Shown piece after piece: positions 26,805 to 40,443 of a stretch of DNA of 64,000 nucleotides; within the stretch, counting starts at the first letter, position 1, and the number at the start of each line of letters is the position of its first letter. Source of the DNA: Octopus sinensis. Lineage: Eukaryota. The notes under the pieces were generated by a model. That model saw nothing but the letters and a program-made list of their open reading frames with translations, was not told the origin of the DNA and ran no database searches. The stretch covers positions 63,066,464 through 63,130,463 of the forward strand of contig NC_043011.1 in NCBI RefSeq assembly GCF_006345805.1, in the 5' to 3' direction. The translations under genes and the position numbers were made by a program.

Positions 26805-28588
26805 GATATGGAAATGATTTACCTCTAGAAGAATTGTAAAACGGTAAGGTTATTGACTAAAATTCTGCAGAAATGTTAAATTGCATGAGACAAATGAGAA
26901 AAGTAGAAATATATATATATATATATAGATAGATATATATGTATAAATATAAAAACATCTATAACAAATGGCACTACTGAATCATATGCGAAATTTGAGA
27001 TACGTAGGGCTGCTACATGTTCAGTGTAAAACAGAAACAAAATCTCTAGCATGTGCGGAGGCGCACGGCGCAAAGATAAGTCTGAGATTGCTCCTTTGCG
27101 ATATAATTTCATATCAAGATGATGGTCTTTCCTGTCAACCGCTACGTGTGAATGTTGAGCTTTTTTCCGAACGAGCATCACAAATGATTTTTATTTAATG
27201 ACGAAATGTATGTGCTGTTTGTGAGGTCATTCCCTCCATCAAATCGACGTTTTCTGAACATGTGTACGTTGCACCACATGCCAGTTCTCGAAGTGAACAC
27301 AGAGAGACGTGAGACGAAGTGTTTTTTCAAGAATACCATGCATCACCTGGTCTAGGAATTGAAACCACAATCTCACGATTGTGAGTGCAAAGCAATTTCA
27401 AATCACTAAATCGCTAAATGGCTGTAAAATTAAAGAGAATTGAGATTAAATTCAGGTTATTTGGAGGTAGAGAATAAATAACCAATTATATACTGCCTGG
27501 TTGCACTGTTGCTCGGATTCATGCGAGAATGTATATGCAAAGATGTAATGTAACTGAGGTATTCGTGCACTGGGAATTATGCCAGTATTATTAAATAACC
27601 ACGGATAGGTTGTCGATATAAATACACACCATGATGCCTGAAAGAAAGGCGAAAGGATCAACTTCAAATACACACTTCCAAACGAAGAGATCAAAGACCA
27701 GATGGATAGGGCATTCATACTAATTGAAGCATCAATAGATATTATTTTCAAAAAAGAGAATTTATCCTTTCATCGATCTTTTAAATAGAAATATAACCCC
27801 GACTCTCAAATTGAAAACTGTAACAATTCCTTAATAGCTTATGCCTTGGGAATTTGCCAATATATATAAACTATATAAAATCAAATATAAATTTGGAGAA
27901 CATACTGAAAATTGTAATTTTGTGTTTTCGTACTGAGTGAAAGTGCCTTGTATTCAATAGTAATATTGTTCAAACGAACCTATGAATGCTGAAGGGTAGA
28001 GGTATGTGTTAGTCTTTACACTGGAAAAAAATTGCGGTAGGAACATGGCTATAGGAAATCAATCGATATGAATAGAGCATCAGGTTTAATCTTTCAGCAC
28101 GCTGCCACATCAAAATAGAAGTCCATCAGATCGTTACAATCAAATGAGATTCTGATTAGAAATGGATTTATTTCTATGACAAAAGATAACTTTCGGGATG
28201 TATTTTGGGTTTCGTGTATAGCATCGATTGAAATGATTTATTTATATCTATATTAACTTATCTAATGCATGAAACAATACACGTTTATAAATGCTATGAA
28301 CAGAATATAAGTATCTCCTGGTCTGAAGATTCCTTTTTGGATACTGAGTAAAACTCGGAAATATTTGTAAAGTTTAGTTATGAATTGGCCATGTTACTGA
28401 AAGCACTCAAAGATGACCAGCAGCACATTGCTTACATTCTAATAAAAGTAACATTTCATTAATTAAAATTAACTGGATTAGATAACGCATTGGTGGATAT
28501 AATAAATTTATTTGTGATTTAAGCCTGAAGGTAAAACAAAATCGAGAAATAGAAATAATGTCGTATATATATATATAATGTAATATAG

Positions 28589-28641
<53 letters not shown>

Positions 28642-29676
28642 TATATGTATGTGTGTGTGTGTGTGCATATTATATATATATATATATATGTGCGTGTGTG
28701 TGTATATATATATACATATATGTGTGTGTGCATGTCTGTTTGTGTATGCATGCGTATTTGTATAAGCATACGCACACACACACACACACATATATGACCT
28801 TGTTAAAGTGCGCCTACAACACCTAGATAGTGTGCTCAAAATGAAGGATAAAAAGGAAAAAGCAATCAATAAATAAATGACAAACCCATGTAATTCTAAA
28901 TAATCCAATAAGTCAATACGCAGTCAACATCGCCATTTTGGACAACAGTAAACTGAAGGAGAATATTAGCAGCAAAGCAAATGGTCAACAGGTAAAGTAT
29001 GAGATGCAAAAGATGAAACCAACTAAGTGAGAATGGCCGATGGTGGAAGTACAGGACGAAGATGATTAAAAGTAGAACTCAGAGAAAAAGGCCCTGGAAG
29101 AAAGAATGTCGGAGCAGTCTATAGGTTTTGTGTGAACGGTCCATGCTTGCAGGGAGGCACTGGAACATTCTACCGATTTTCTCATCCCAAGTTCCGTGCG
29201 ACTTACTGTCTCATCCCAATCGCTTCCTGTTTCCAGACTGGAAATATGTGGATGCTGTACGCACTGCTGATATAACACGGTACTTCAACACAATGTGGAC
29301 AGTAGCAGACGAACTGCAGTGTTACTGGATATGGTGGGAAGGAATTAATTCCTCTCAACTGGCAACAACAACCACGGAATCAAAGGTAAACGCGTCGGCC
29401 CGTAAGACCACCATATACAGCGAATGATCTAGGGTCACCACCGAAAACACCTCAACAAATACTACACCAGTGCTATCGATAAATTCAGGAGCCTAGTAAG
29501 TGCTTAACAACAGAAACTACTCTACTTTGGAGATCTAGATACATGAAATGAAACAATGCGTATGTCACTAGGGGAAGCGTATCTGCCCATTGGCACAGTA
29601 GATGCTGAAATTCACATTCGTATGTTGTATGGGGAACTGATTGGAGTGAAAGAACGAAAGGTGTAATTGCGACGTA

Positions 29677-30417
29677 CACCCGGCATTAAGTAAGTTGGTG
29701 TGATCTAGAAATATGTGAAGTCTGTTACCTCGTTTAGATAATACCTCTTCCATAATTTTGAAACAATACGTATGTCACTAGAGGAAAAATATCTGCCCAT
29801 TGGCACAGTAGATGCTGAAATTCACATTCGTATGTTGCATATGGAACTGATAGGAGTGAAAGACCTAAAGGTGGAGTTGCGACGTACACCTGGCAAGTGG
29901 TCACACCTGTCGAATGAGTCCCCACGATTTGGGCTATCTGGTTGGCGATATGTAGAACATATTACCATTTTGACTTGCATAATATATACTATTAATGTTG
30001 CAGAGACTGCCTTTGAATGTAACAGCCAAACAACAGGTGTGGTCACTTCCCAGGTGTAATTGTGACGTACACCTGGGAAGTGGCCACACCTGTTGTTTGG
30101 CTGTTACATTCAAAGGCAAGTCAAAATGGTAATATGTTCTACATATCGCCAACCAGATACGCCCAAATCGTGGGGACTCATTCGACAGGTGTGACCACTT
30201 GCCAGGTGTGCGTCGCAACTCCACCTTTAGTTCTTTCACTCCTATCAGTTCCATATGCAACATACGAATGTGAATTTCAGCATCTACTGTGCCAATAGGC
30301 AGATACTTTTCCTCTAGTGACATACGTATTGTTTCGAAATTATGGAAGAGGTATTATCTAAACGAGGTAACAACTTCACATATTTCTAGATCACACCAAG
30401 TTACTTAATGTCGGGTG
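29677..30417. repeat. 741-bp near-perfect palindrome with 9-nt centre (30059-30067), preceded by a partial direct repeat (29550-29690)
   Basis: The arms align base by base apart from a few substitutions and a 32-nt insertion in the left arm. Confidence 0.92.
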
Positions 30418-30439
30418 GCTTTAGAGCCATCTTCTCTCA

Positions 30440-31280
30440 GGTAAATCATTGTTTGGTCTTAGACATAAACTATTTATGGAGCAAATATTGCACTACCGAA
30501 ATAGGTATAAAAATGCCCTGCATCTGTGCTTCACAAAAATGAAGCGGTCATCCATAATGTTAAAGAAACTTGAAAGGTTTGCTCGAATTCTAACTTAGTA
30601 CAACTGAGAATGTAAGGTCCGATGAAAACTGGAAACGTGCTATTTATTAGAAGCACTCGATTCCTTTCTAACCTGGTCTTTCATAAAATTGTTCAGAAAC
30701 TTATACATAAATAGGTACGAAATACAAGTTGTGTGACATTGCCTTATTAAGGATATTGAACTTAAAGTTATAATACTTTAAGGCAATCAGGCAATTTATA
30801 TACAGTAAGCTTTGACAGCAGCATAAATTCCCAGATTCAGTGAAATTCTAATATGGGCCTGAACAAAGATCTGAAACCGTTTAAATTGGTTACAAGACAA
30901 CAGTGGCAGGTCAATCGAGACAGACCAAGACGATGCTCGACCACCAGTTGAACAAAGAACGCTACTCAAGTTTCAGGAACTGAACTTGGTAGTATTCTGC
31001 AATCCACCATATTCACCAGACCTTGCACCAATTAAGACAACTTTTTGTAAGGAAACATCCTCAAATCTATAGAAGATGCAAAAACCGCCTTTCGTGATTT
31101 TATCACCTCTTTCTCTCCAAACATTCTTCGCTGCCGGCATAAATAAGCTGCCGATAAAATGGAAAATTGTCTTGATAATGTAGCAGCACAATTTTGATTA
31201 ATGGCATTTATTTCCTTGAGATAAAGTAACATAAACTTTTAGTTCAAAATCGGACATTTTATTCTTAATGACCTGATATA
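30440..31280 (+). mobile_element. Decayed mariner transposon
   Basis: NPPYSPDLAP motif at ~31000-31030 and a mariner-like terminus ...TTCTTAATGACCTGATATA. Confidence 0.65.
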
Positions 31281-31285
31281 TACAT

Positions 31286-31317
<32 letters not shown>

Positions 31318-31318
31318 C

Positions 31319-31371
<53 letters not shown>

Positions 31372-31641
31372 ATATCTATCTATCTATCTATCCATCTATC
31401 TATCTATCTATCTATCTATATATCTATCTATCTATAAATATATGCATAAGTATATACACAGTTAAATGTAAAGAGGGATATACAATATAACCACGAGGTA
31501 TATATTCAAATAAGATATCTGATATAATATAGTAATTAGTAACATCATAAAACCATTACGTATCAAATACGATTTCGCTGATTATTTTTCTGTGGAATTC
31601 GATAAAAATCCACGAAACCCATGTGAATTAGACGTGGGTTT

Positions 31642-32127
31642 TTTGTTTTAAAAATGACTTGTTTTGCAAGACTTTTCTACAGTTCAGGAAAAGTTGACAA
31701 TTCTCTATTTGGCAAATGTATAGCAATTTAATAGACGTACATTCGTCAGGTTGAAGCAGGTATTTTAACAATGCTTAAAAATTAACACTTTAAGAAAGAA
31801 ATCAATCAAATAAATCATTCTGCTTTCATCAATCGTTGACAAAGACGAAATAACAAAAAGAAATGGAAATCAGGATGTGGAAGATGGTGATTCATGTTTG
31901 TATTTTCGCTATCACATTTGATGCAAATAAATTCCTATTTAAATGTCCATATACGTAGCAACGAAAACGCTGAATACATTTATCACAGCAATAAAATTTA
32001 TTTTGTCAGCTCAGACAGTAATTAAAAGAAATATAATAAAATATGATTTGATATTCTTTTGATTTGTGGTTTGTTCAAAAATAAATTGCCATAAATATTC
32101 CCACGCTTTGATGTATTCTGCTAAATG
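31642..32127 (+). repeat. 486-bp direct repeat, copy 1 (copy 2 at 36238-36724), ~99% identical
   Basis: Direct sequence comparison shows only ~3 differences. Confidence 0.92.
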
Positions 32128-32286
32128 TTTATGTACGTATACGTTGGTTGTATACAACTTATATAAGATATTATTAAATAACATGAAGTTTATTCCCGAT
32201 ATTTGAAATTTATCTATTTATCTATTTGTCTATCTAATTGTATGTCGGTCAGTCTGTACACACACACACACACACACACACACACC

Positions 32287-32341
<55 letters not shown>

Positions 32342-32342
32342 C

Positions 32343-32394
<52 letters not shown>

Positions 32395-33419
32395 ATCGAC
32401 CTTTCCAGTGTCGTACATTACTGCAAAGTGAAAATATTTGCTGATGACACCAAGCTCCAGCAAAACGTCAATGAAGAAGCAGACCAAATTCAACTCCAGT
32501 CTGATCTATATGCTGTGAGTCAATGGGCAGACAGAAACAAAATGCAACTGAACGAGGGAAAATTTGAGCTGATGCATTTTGGAAGAAATTCCTCACTAAA
32601 ACAGCCATACTCTCTTCCTTCAGGGGAACCGCTCACAGCCTCTAACAACATCAGAGACTTAGGTGTAATTGTTGATGACGATCTCAGTTGGAGTGCACAC
32701 ATCAACAAGAAGGTCGATATAGCTCGTAGGATGAGTTCCTGGATCTTAAGAACTTTCCGGTCCAGAGAACAAGGTGTCATCATACCACTCTTCTCCTTTG
32801 TACAGCCACACCTCGAATACTGCTGCCCACTGTGGTCTCCCCATACAAGACAAAACATCTCGAGGATTGAATCACCCCAGAGGGCACTCACTAAACGAAT
32901 TGAAGGCATGGCTGCTCTCGATTATTGGGATCGCCTTAAAGCCTTGAAACTCTACTCTCTCCAGCGTCGCCGTGAGCGGTACATCACTTGTACGATGTGG
33001 AGAATATACCGCCAACTTTGCCCAAACGACCTGAACATAAGCTTCAAGGTTAATCCAAGACTGGGACCACGGGCCATACGTCCTCTGCCCAATTCAAGAC
33101 CACAGCATACTTATACACTACAACATAATTTCTTTTCCTCAACAGGCCCTGCCCTTTTTAACATTGTCCCGAAAGAGATCAAAGAGGAACAGGATCCCAT
33201 CATCTTTAAACGGAGTCTGGATAGATTCCTTCAAAGAATACCAGATAAGCCACCTATAATTGGATACAACTCACCCAACAAAAACTCACTACTTGAATGG
33301 ACCATAAGCAAAACTTGACTTAAACAGGATTCAAATAATCCTATCAGGTGGTGCTATTAAGTTAGACATGGCCTGGACCAATCATTGGTCGAAATACATC
33401 TAAGTTTATCTAAGTTTAT
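32395..33419 (+). mobile_element. 5'-truncated CR1-type LINE (RT C-terminus and 3' UTR)
   Basis: IFADDTKL...LQSDL...W...KMQLN..K...RDLGV.VD..LSW..HI...HLEYCCPLWSP...LYSLQRRRERY; ends in tandem ATCTAAGTTT. Confidence 0.92.
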
Positions 33420-33617
33420 ATAACTCAATAAAAATGGTAAATAATTTTTCAGTGGTTTTTCATACAAACAACATTTACTTACCGGTAAATTTCGGTATGT
33501 AAATATGACAATTTCAGCGTCAGGAACTTCTGTAAAGTACAGTATATAGTAAAAACAATTGAAAGGGCGGGTACGCGGCGAAGCAGCCTGTTGCCCGCCC
33601 TTTTAATCATTTTTATG

Positions 33618-33653
<36 letters not shown>

Positions 33654-33654
33654 T

Positions 33655-33870
33655 ATACTCTTTTACTCTTTTACTTGTTTCAGTCATTTGACTGCGGCCA
33701 TGCTGGAGCACCGCCTTTAGTCGAGCAATCGACCCCGGGACTTATTATTTGTAAGCCCAGTACTTATTCTATCGGTCTCTTTTGCCGAACCGCTAAGTGA
33801 CGGGGACGTAAACACACTAGCATCGGTTGTCAAGCAATGCTAGGGGGACAAACACAGACACACAAACACA
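33655..33870 (-). mobile_element. SINE 3' half
   Basis: Reverse complement of the SINE family tail. Confidence 0.8.
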
Positions 33871-33874
33871 CACC

Positions 33875-33905
<31 letters not shown>

Positions 33906-34281
33906 CCTATTTCATGTTTAATTTGTTTTAACCATTAGATCGTGGCCATGCTGGGGTACCGCCTAGAAGCATTTTAGTCAAACGAAGTGACACCAGTACT
34001 TATCTCTTTTAAGCCTAGCATATAAGACATCGATCTCTATGATCGAGCCGCTAAGTCGATGGAAGCTAAACACGTGAACACTGGTTGTGAAACGGAGGTG
34101 GGTTAAGAATACAGGTGTGAAAACACACCTATGCATGTACACACACACACTCCCCCCTCTCTCTCTCAAACACACATACCGACATACATACTTACATCAA
34201 TTTTCGGTCATTTGTTGGTATTCAAAAATTGGCACTTCAAATCGGAGAATATGTATTAGTATATTTTTATAGTTATATTTA

Positions 34282-34317
<36 letters not shown>

Positions 34318-34355
34318 GTACATACATATATATGTATATATTTATATATATATAT

Positions 34356-34540
34356 ATATCAAACTATGGTTATAGAACAAACAACTGCAAGGTCATCCGC
34401 ATAGCATTTCATAATTCGAACATTTAATCATGGAATATACATATAAACAGCCCGCAAGATGGAACATAATTCATCTGTACAAGCACATAAGCATATAATA
34501 ATAATAATATGGTGCGAGAAAAATTCTAGAGTTAATATTT

Positions 34541-34582
<42 letters not shown>

Positions 34583-34867
34583 TATATATTTTTATATACC
34601 TATATATGTTTTATATATTACTCATATTATATTTTTACTTTCTACGTCTTTTTAAAAAAATGTATTTTTTCTGAATCGCTAAAATATTAACTCTAGAATT
34701 TTTTGTCGCACCTTATTATTATTATTATATGCTTATATGCTGGTACAGATGAATTATGTTCCATCTTGCGGGATGTTTATATGTATATTCTATGATTAAA
34801 TGTTCGAATTATGAAATGATATGCGGATGACCTTGCATTTGTTTGTTCAATAATTTTAGTTTGATAT
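34356..34867. repeat. Fold-back inverted repeat (~185-bp arms, TA-rich spacer)
   Basis: 34356-34542 is the reverse complement of 34680-34867. Confidence 0.85.
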
Positions 34868-35285
34868 TTTTTTTTCTTTCAATAGAGCACTTCTATAGCA
34901 GTCCTATTAATCCTTATATATCCAATATATATCACATGTAATTATTGTCTTTAAATTATTCAGAATAGTTTCTATCATAATTAAAAATTAAATCCAGAAA
35001 TTAGCCCGACAATTATGCAAGCAAGTCGTGAATTTAAATGTAGTTTTCTGATGAATCTCAGCGCAGCTTGAGATAGTTTTGAAAGAATTTCGTGAGATGT
35101 TCACATGATTTTAGGACTCGTTCCATTATATTATTCTTATGTAAACATATTTGAAATGTTTAATTGTAGATACACATTTATACAAAAGCAGCTGAAACAG
35201 TTTTCACAGCTATTAACGCATATTACTTCGTTTTCACGTGAGAAGCAAATTCTTTTGACTCCAAGAAATTTTCGGATATTCTTTT

Positions 35286-35542
35286 ATTCTTTTACTGTTT
35301 TACTTGTTTCAGTCATTGACTGTGGCTGGAGCACCGACTTTAGTTGAGCAAATCGACCCCAGGACTTATTCTTTGGAAGCCTAGTACTTATTCCATCGGT
35401 CTGTTTTGCTGAACCGCTACGTTACGGGGACGTAAACACACCAGCATCGGTAGTCAAGCGATGTCGGGGGGACAAACACAGCAAACAAACATATACACAC
35501 AAATACATATATACGTACACACACACACACACATATATATAC

Positions 35543-35612
<70 letters not shown>

Positions 35613-35772
35613 GACGGGCTTCTTTCAGTTTCCGTGTACCAAATCCACTCACAAGGCTTTGTTTGGACCGAGGCTATAGTAGAAGACGTTTGCACACGAT
35701 GCTACGCAGTAGGAATGAACCCGGAACTATGTAATTGGCAAGCAAGCTATTTACCACTCAGCCACTCCTGCT
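35286..35772 (-). mobile_element. tRNA-derived SINE, full length
   Basis: Reverse complement of the family, with internal TA expansion. Confidence 0.85.
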
Positions 35773-36237
35773 ACTTAAAAAAAAATCAAAGATCATGGAC
35801 ACTTGTAGTATATCAATACCGGAAAATATTTTTTATACAGTAAGTGTTATACGAGGGAGATCGAATGTTGCACATCTTATTACTACATTTTATTGTTAAC
35901 TCATAAATTCTGTTTTTTGTTTTGTGAATCTCTTTCACTCCTCTGCAAGCATCGTATGCACCACCACAGATCATGTTTCAGGATTCCTTAAAGATGAAGT
36001 GACCCGATACGATATTAAGTCAAAGTTCATAAAGCGGCCGAAATGCTATATCAACGAGGGTGGACGCTGCAATCCATACATGCCTGAGCCATTAAGCATC
36101 CTCATAGACTCCGCGGACCCAGTATTATTAAATTCCTGGCATGACATTTATAATCCCTGCCCCTATGTCAACGCTACCTGCTGCAAATATGCGATTACAC
36201 ATTAGAAGCAACCAAATGCGGATTTCCATGTTCGGTA

Positions 36238-36724
36238 TTTGTTTTAAAAATGACTTGTTTTGCAAGACTTTTCTACAGTTCAGGAAAAGTTGACAATTCT
36301 CTATTTGGCAAATGTATAGCAATTTAATAGACGTACATTCGTCAGGTTGAAGCAGGTATTTTAACAATGCTTAAAAATTAACACTTTAAGAAAGAAATCA
36401 ATCAAATAAATCATTCTGCTTTCATCAATCGTTGACAAAGACGAAATAACAAAAAAGAAATGGAAATCAGGATGTGGAAGATGGTGATTCATGTTTGTAT
36501 TTTCGCTATCACATTTGATGCAAATAAATTCCTATTTAAATGTCCATATACGTAGCAACGAAAACGCTGAATACATTTATCACAGCAATAAAATTTATTT
36601 TGTCAGCTCAGACAGTAATTAAAAGAAATATAATAAAATATGATTTGATATTCTTTTGATTTGTGGTTTGTTCAAAAATAAATTGCCATAAATATTCCCA
36701 CGCTTTTATGTATTCTGCTAAATG
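36238..36724 (+). repeat. 486-bp direct repeat, copy 2
   Basis: See 31642-32127. Confidence 0.92.
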
Positions 36725-37459
36725 AACTGGTCTAAGGGATATAACTCATCCTCGTCTACCCGAAAGGTTTAATATTTGGTTTATTCTCTGTTTACTAACT
36801 AACTGTAACTGATTTCTTCATCCATGGTTTGAAGAGGTATATGCCCATCGCCATTAGAGCCTGAAGAGTAATCCGTAGAGGTAGGCGCTTCATGGAGGTG
36901 AGACCATTGGTCATTTTATGATCGGGCATCTAACTAAAAGCATATGAGTACATTACTGCTTTATACTTTAGAGCGTGCATCTTCTTCGAATATATGACAC
37001 ACTGACAATGTGTGTGTGCGCGTGTGTATGTGTGTGTGTGTATTTATGTGTGTGTGTGTTTTCTTGCTAAATTTCATAGTTTGCAATTTTAGGTATTGGA
37101 AGAGAAAACGCAATATCCGAACTAAAGTTAGGAATATGAAAATTAAAAACAGAGAACTTATCGGGATTATATCTGGGAAATACTTGTTTTCTCGTGTTCG
37201 TCGGCCTCAAGAAGGTGCCGTAAGGTGGTAAATGCGTTCCTGAATCTCTTTCTGGGAGGATCTTCGGACACCTTCTTGATCTTTGCCAACAGCTCGGACA
37301 TGGAGTTCCAGGAGGTGCGGTTGGGACCGAAACCCATACATGGGTCAGACAATATGGGGTCTATATCTAGCATAATAGATGCCCACTTAATTGTCATCCC
37401 TCTTATACATATATATGCTTATGTATGTATGTATGTATGTATGTATGTATGTATGTATG

Positions 37460-37522
<63 letters not shown>

Positions 37523-37847
37523 CTATGTAAGAATGATACCGAGTACATGATACTTGCTAGAGAGGAGAGTCAAGATACTCAACTTATTCACTAATTTCAC
37601 TGAAAATACGCAACGGACCAACATACATCGGGCAAACGAGCAGAATTGAGTGTACTATCTGAGCTAAAATCTGTAGAATGTGGTAATATATATACCTGGA
37701 ACATGATTTCGAATGCTGGCAACTGCCTTCATTCTCGTCAGCATTTCGTTGGAATCTGCTACATTTTGAAGCCCCCCCCCTCTTCAAATTCAAAATAATT
37801 TCAGTGCATAATATATGGATATAATTACAAATATAAATACATATACA

Positions 37848-37922
<75 letters not shown>

Positions 37923-37933
37923 ATATATATTTT

Positions 37934-38048
<115 letters not shown>

Positions 38049-38092
38049 TATATTTATATTTATATGTATATATATATATTTATATTTATATG

Positions 38093-38182
<90 letters not shown>

Positions 38183-39660
38183 GAGAGAGAGAGAGAGAGA
38201 TAGGGAGAGAGAGATATCCAGTGTAAGTTTGAATGAGCATAATATCCATTCGATATTATTTTATGTCCCGCTAGTTTTAACAATAGCCTGGCAAGAAGAC
38301 GACAACAAATATGATAAATGATGAAAGGTGATGATTATTTCTTTCCATACCGGGACATATTTGCCAATTCTCGTAATGAAATCGTGAGACAAATGTCTTA
38401 AAACATATTTGAATAAGGATGGGCAAAGGCAATATTAATTAATAGTGGTAAAGACTCAGCAGACGTCGTAGTGCTTGCTTGTTCAATTAATCAGATCATG
38501 TTAGAGTTATTACAAAAAATAGAGCGGTTTTATGTATGGTCGGAACTGAACATCAACAAAATATTGCGATAGGGTAAAACAATGAATATAAAATGTGTAC
38601 TCCAGTACTATTCTAGCATTTAACGTAGGATAGTCTATGCCTTGAAGAGTGCTTCATGTTCTGAGTCTGATATCAATAAGAGCATTGATTTCAAATTATG
38701 GTGTCAGTAATTTCGGCCCCCGAAAGTTTTAAGGACAAAATTGTCCTCGGCGGAATTAGATCTCTGAACATGAAGACGGACGAAATGTCCGGATGTAGTT
38801 CAACCGGCGTGCCAACGAATCTGTAAATATCTCCACCTTAAAAGAAATAAATTGAAATACTGCTATCAAAATTGCGTACAAAGACAGTAATATCGTGGGG
38901 GTGGTGCGTCGATATTGTCGACCCCAACTTTCAATTGGTACTTACTTTAACAACCCCAAGATGATGAACGAGTAAGACGATCTTGGTGAAATTTGAACTC
39001 AGAATGTTTAGTCGGAAGAAATAGTGCTAAGCATTTGTTTCCCGCTCGATAACGAATTTTTCAAGCTTTTAGTCCTAAAATCTTTTAAAATATAACAAAT
39101 ATTTTAATGAAACACGTTTTACAAGAAAGTCGATTATAATTATGAATTTTGTCGTAATTATTTCAATGCAAATTCTATTATAGTTACATTCTTAATTTTA
39201 GGTCAGCAGTATATTGTCATTTTAATGATAAATTACATCATAGGGATATGCTATCTTTGTCTTTTTAAACGACGTAATTTAGAATCAGGATAATCGTTTT
39301 TTATTGATTTTCTCCTCCATAGACGGGAAGGATATAAATAAAGCGATAATGACTGGAGAAGCGATAAGAAATCGCTTTATTTATACACTTATATATATAT
39401 TATTTATATAATTCCAGCCTTCTGCGAACATAACCATATCTCACTACTACTATTTGCTGCATTCTGTTTGGGAATTTACCATTCAGGGCCTTCTATTGCC
39501 AGTCATCTGTTTATTTTTTAGATTTTTAAAGTTCGTTTGTTGTTTTGGTTTCTTTATGTTGGCGAATATTATTGTGGTCGATGGTAAGAACATTTCAAGA
39601 GAATTTTCTGCTACGTTTTTCAACCCAGCGTCGATATAACATTTGTCCTGACAGTAAAAG

Positions 39661-40097
39661 CTAATTCTCCTCACATTTCAAACGAAATCTTCTCAACCAA
39701 AATGTTCCTTTGTCTCCGAGAAAGATGAAATCATTTGTCTTCAGGATCGGAATTTCCACTTTTTCAAATTTCATTAAACAGTTACACAACCAGTTCAAAG
39801 GATTATAAGAAGAGCATACATTTTCAATCACACTGAACATTTCCTTAATGTCTCCATCGAACAATATTAATTTTGAATAATAGTGTTCACTACCAACTTC
39901 CAGACACAATAACAGTAGATCGACAGATCTTGCCGAACGTTTTGCTTCAAACGACTGCAATTTTGTAAAAGACTTGAAAGTGCATATTCTCAGAAAATAT
40001 TCAGAATCTACTTCACTTTCCCTTCTCAAAATGTATGGGCAGAAATATGTCTGCGGGTTATAAATATCTGGGGGAATGAATAAAATGACAGGAGAAT
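39661..40097 (-). CDS. Orphan terminal coding exon, ~146 aa (D-SPVILFIPPDIYNPQTYFCPYILRRESE...WLRRFRLKCEEN), function unknown
   Basis: 437 nt stop-free in AT-rich DNA, preceded on the - strand by TTCTTTTGTACAAATTTGATCAG (phase-1 acceptor). The frame stays open in the duplicate at 60557. Confidence 0.6.
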
Positions 40098-40397
40098 CTG
40101 ATCAAATTTGTACAAAAGAATTTGATTAAATATTCTTCTATTTCCTTTTCCCTTTCGTCTTTTTTCTGTCTTTTTGTTTTCGTTTGTTTTTAATTTGTCA
40201 AAAGTCCCATAGTAAATTAATTATGCATGCCAACCAAATCATTATATATGTTTTCAGATTATAATTTACAACGTCACATACTACAAATGACATTCGTCCT
40301 TGTAGTTCAAGAACATCTGTTACACCAGAGTCCATCATACGATTTCAAATAATAATTTAATTGGTTACAACAGCACTAAACGTTTAGTTCAAGAAAA

Positions 40398-40443
40398 ATG
40401 GCCAGGAAAAGTTGTTCCTTATTTATATCATTTCTCGTTTTCG
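40398..40443 (+). CDS. Gene 2 coding exon 1 (signal peptide MARKSCSLFISFLVF-G), phase 1
   Basis: AAAAATG...TTC G|GTAAGT. It splices in frame to 44513, giving MARKSCSLFISFLVFGIALT. Confidence 0.75.

Noticed and set aside
29550-30420. Repeated 75-130-aa ORFs (MSLEEKYLPIGTVDAE...) or a CRISPR-like array
   Set aside because: The ORFs arise from the palindrome and direct-repeat structure; there is no repeat-spacer periodicity and the context is eukaryotic.
35040-35090. CTGATGA followed by an ATCTCA/TGAGAT hairpin as a hammerhead
   Set aside because: GAAA is displaced by 6 nt and there is no stem III or cleavage triplet.
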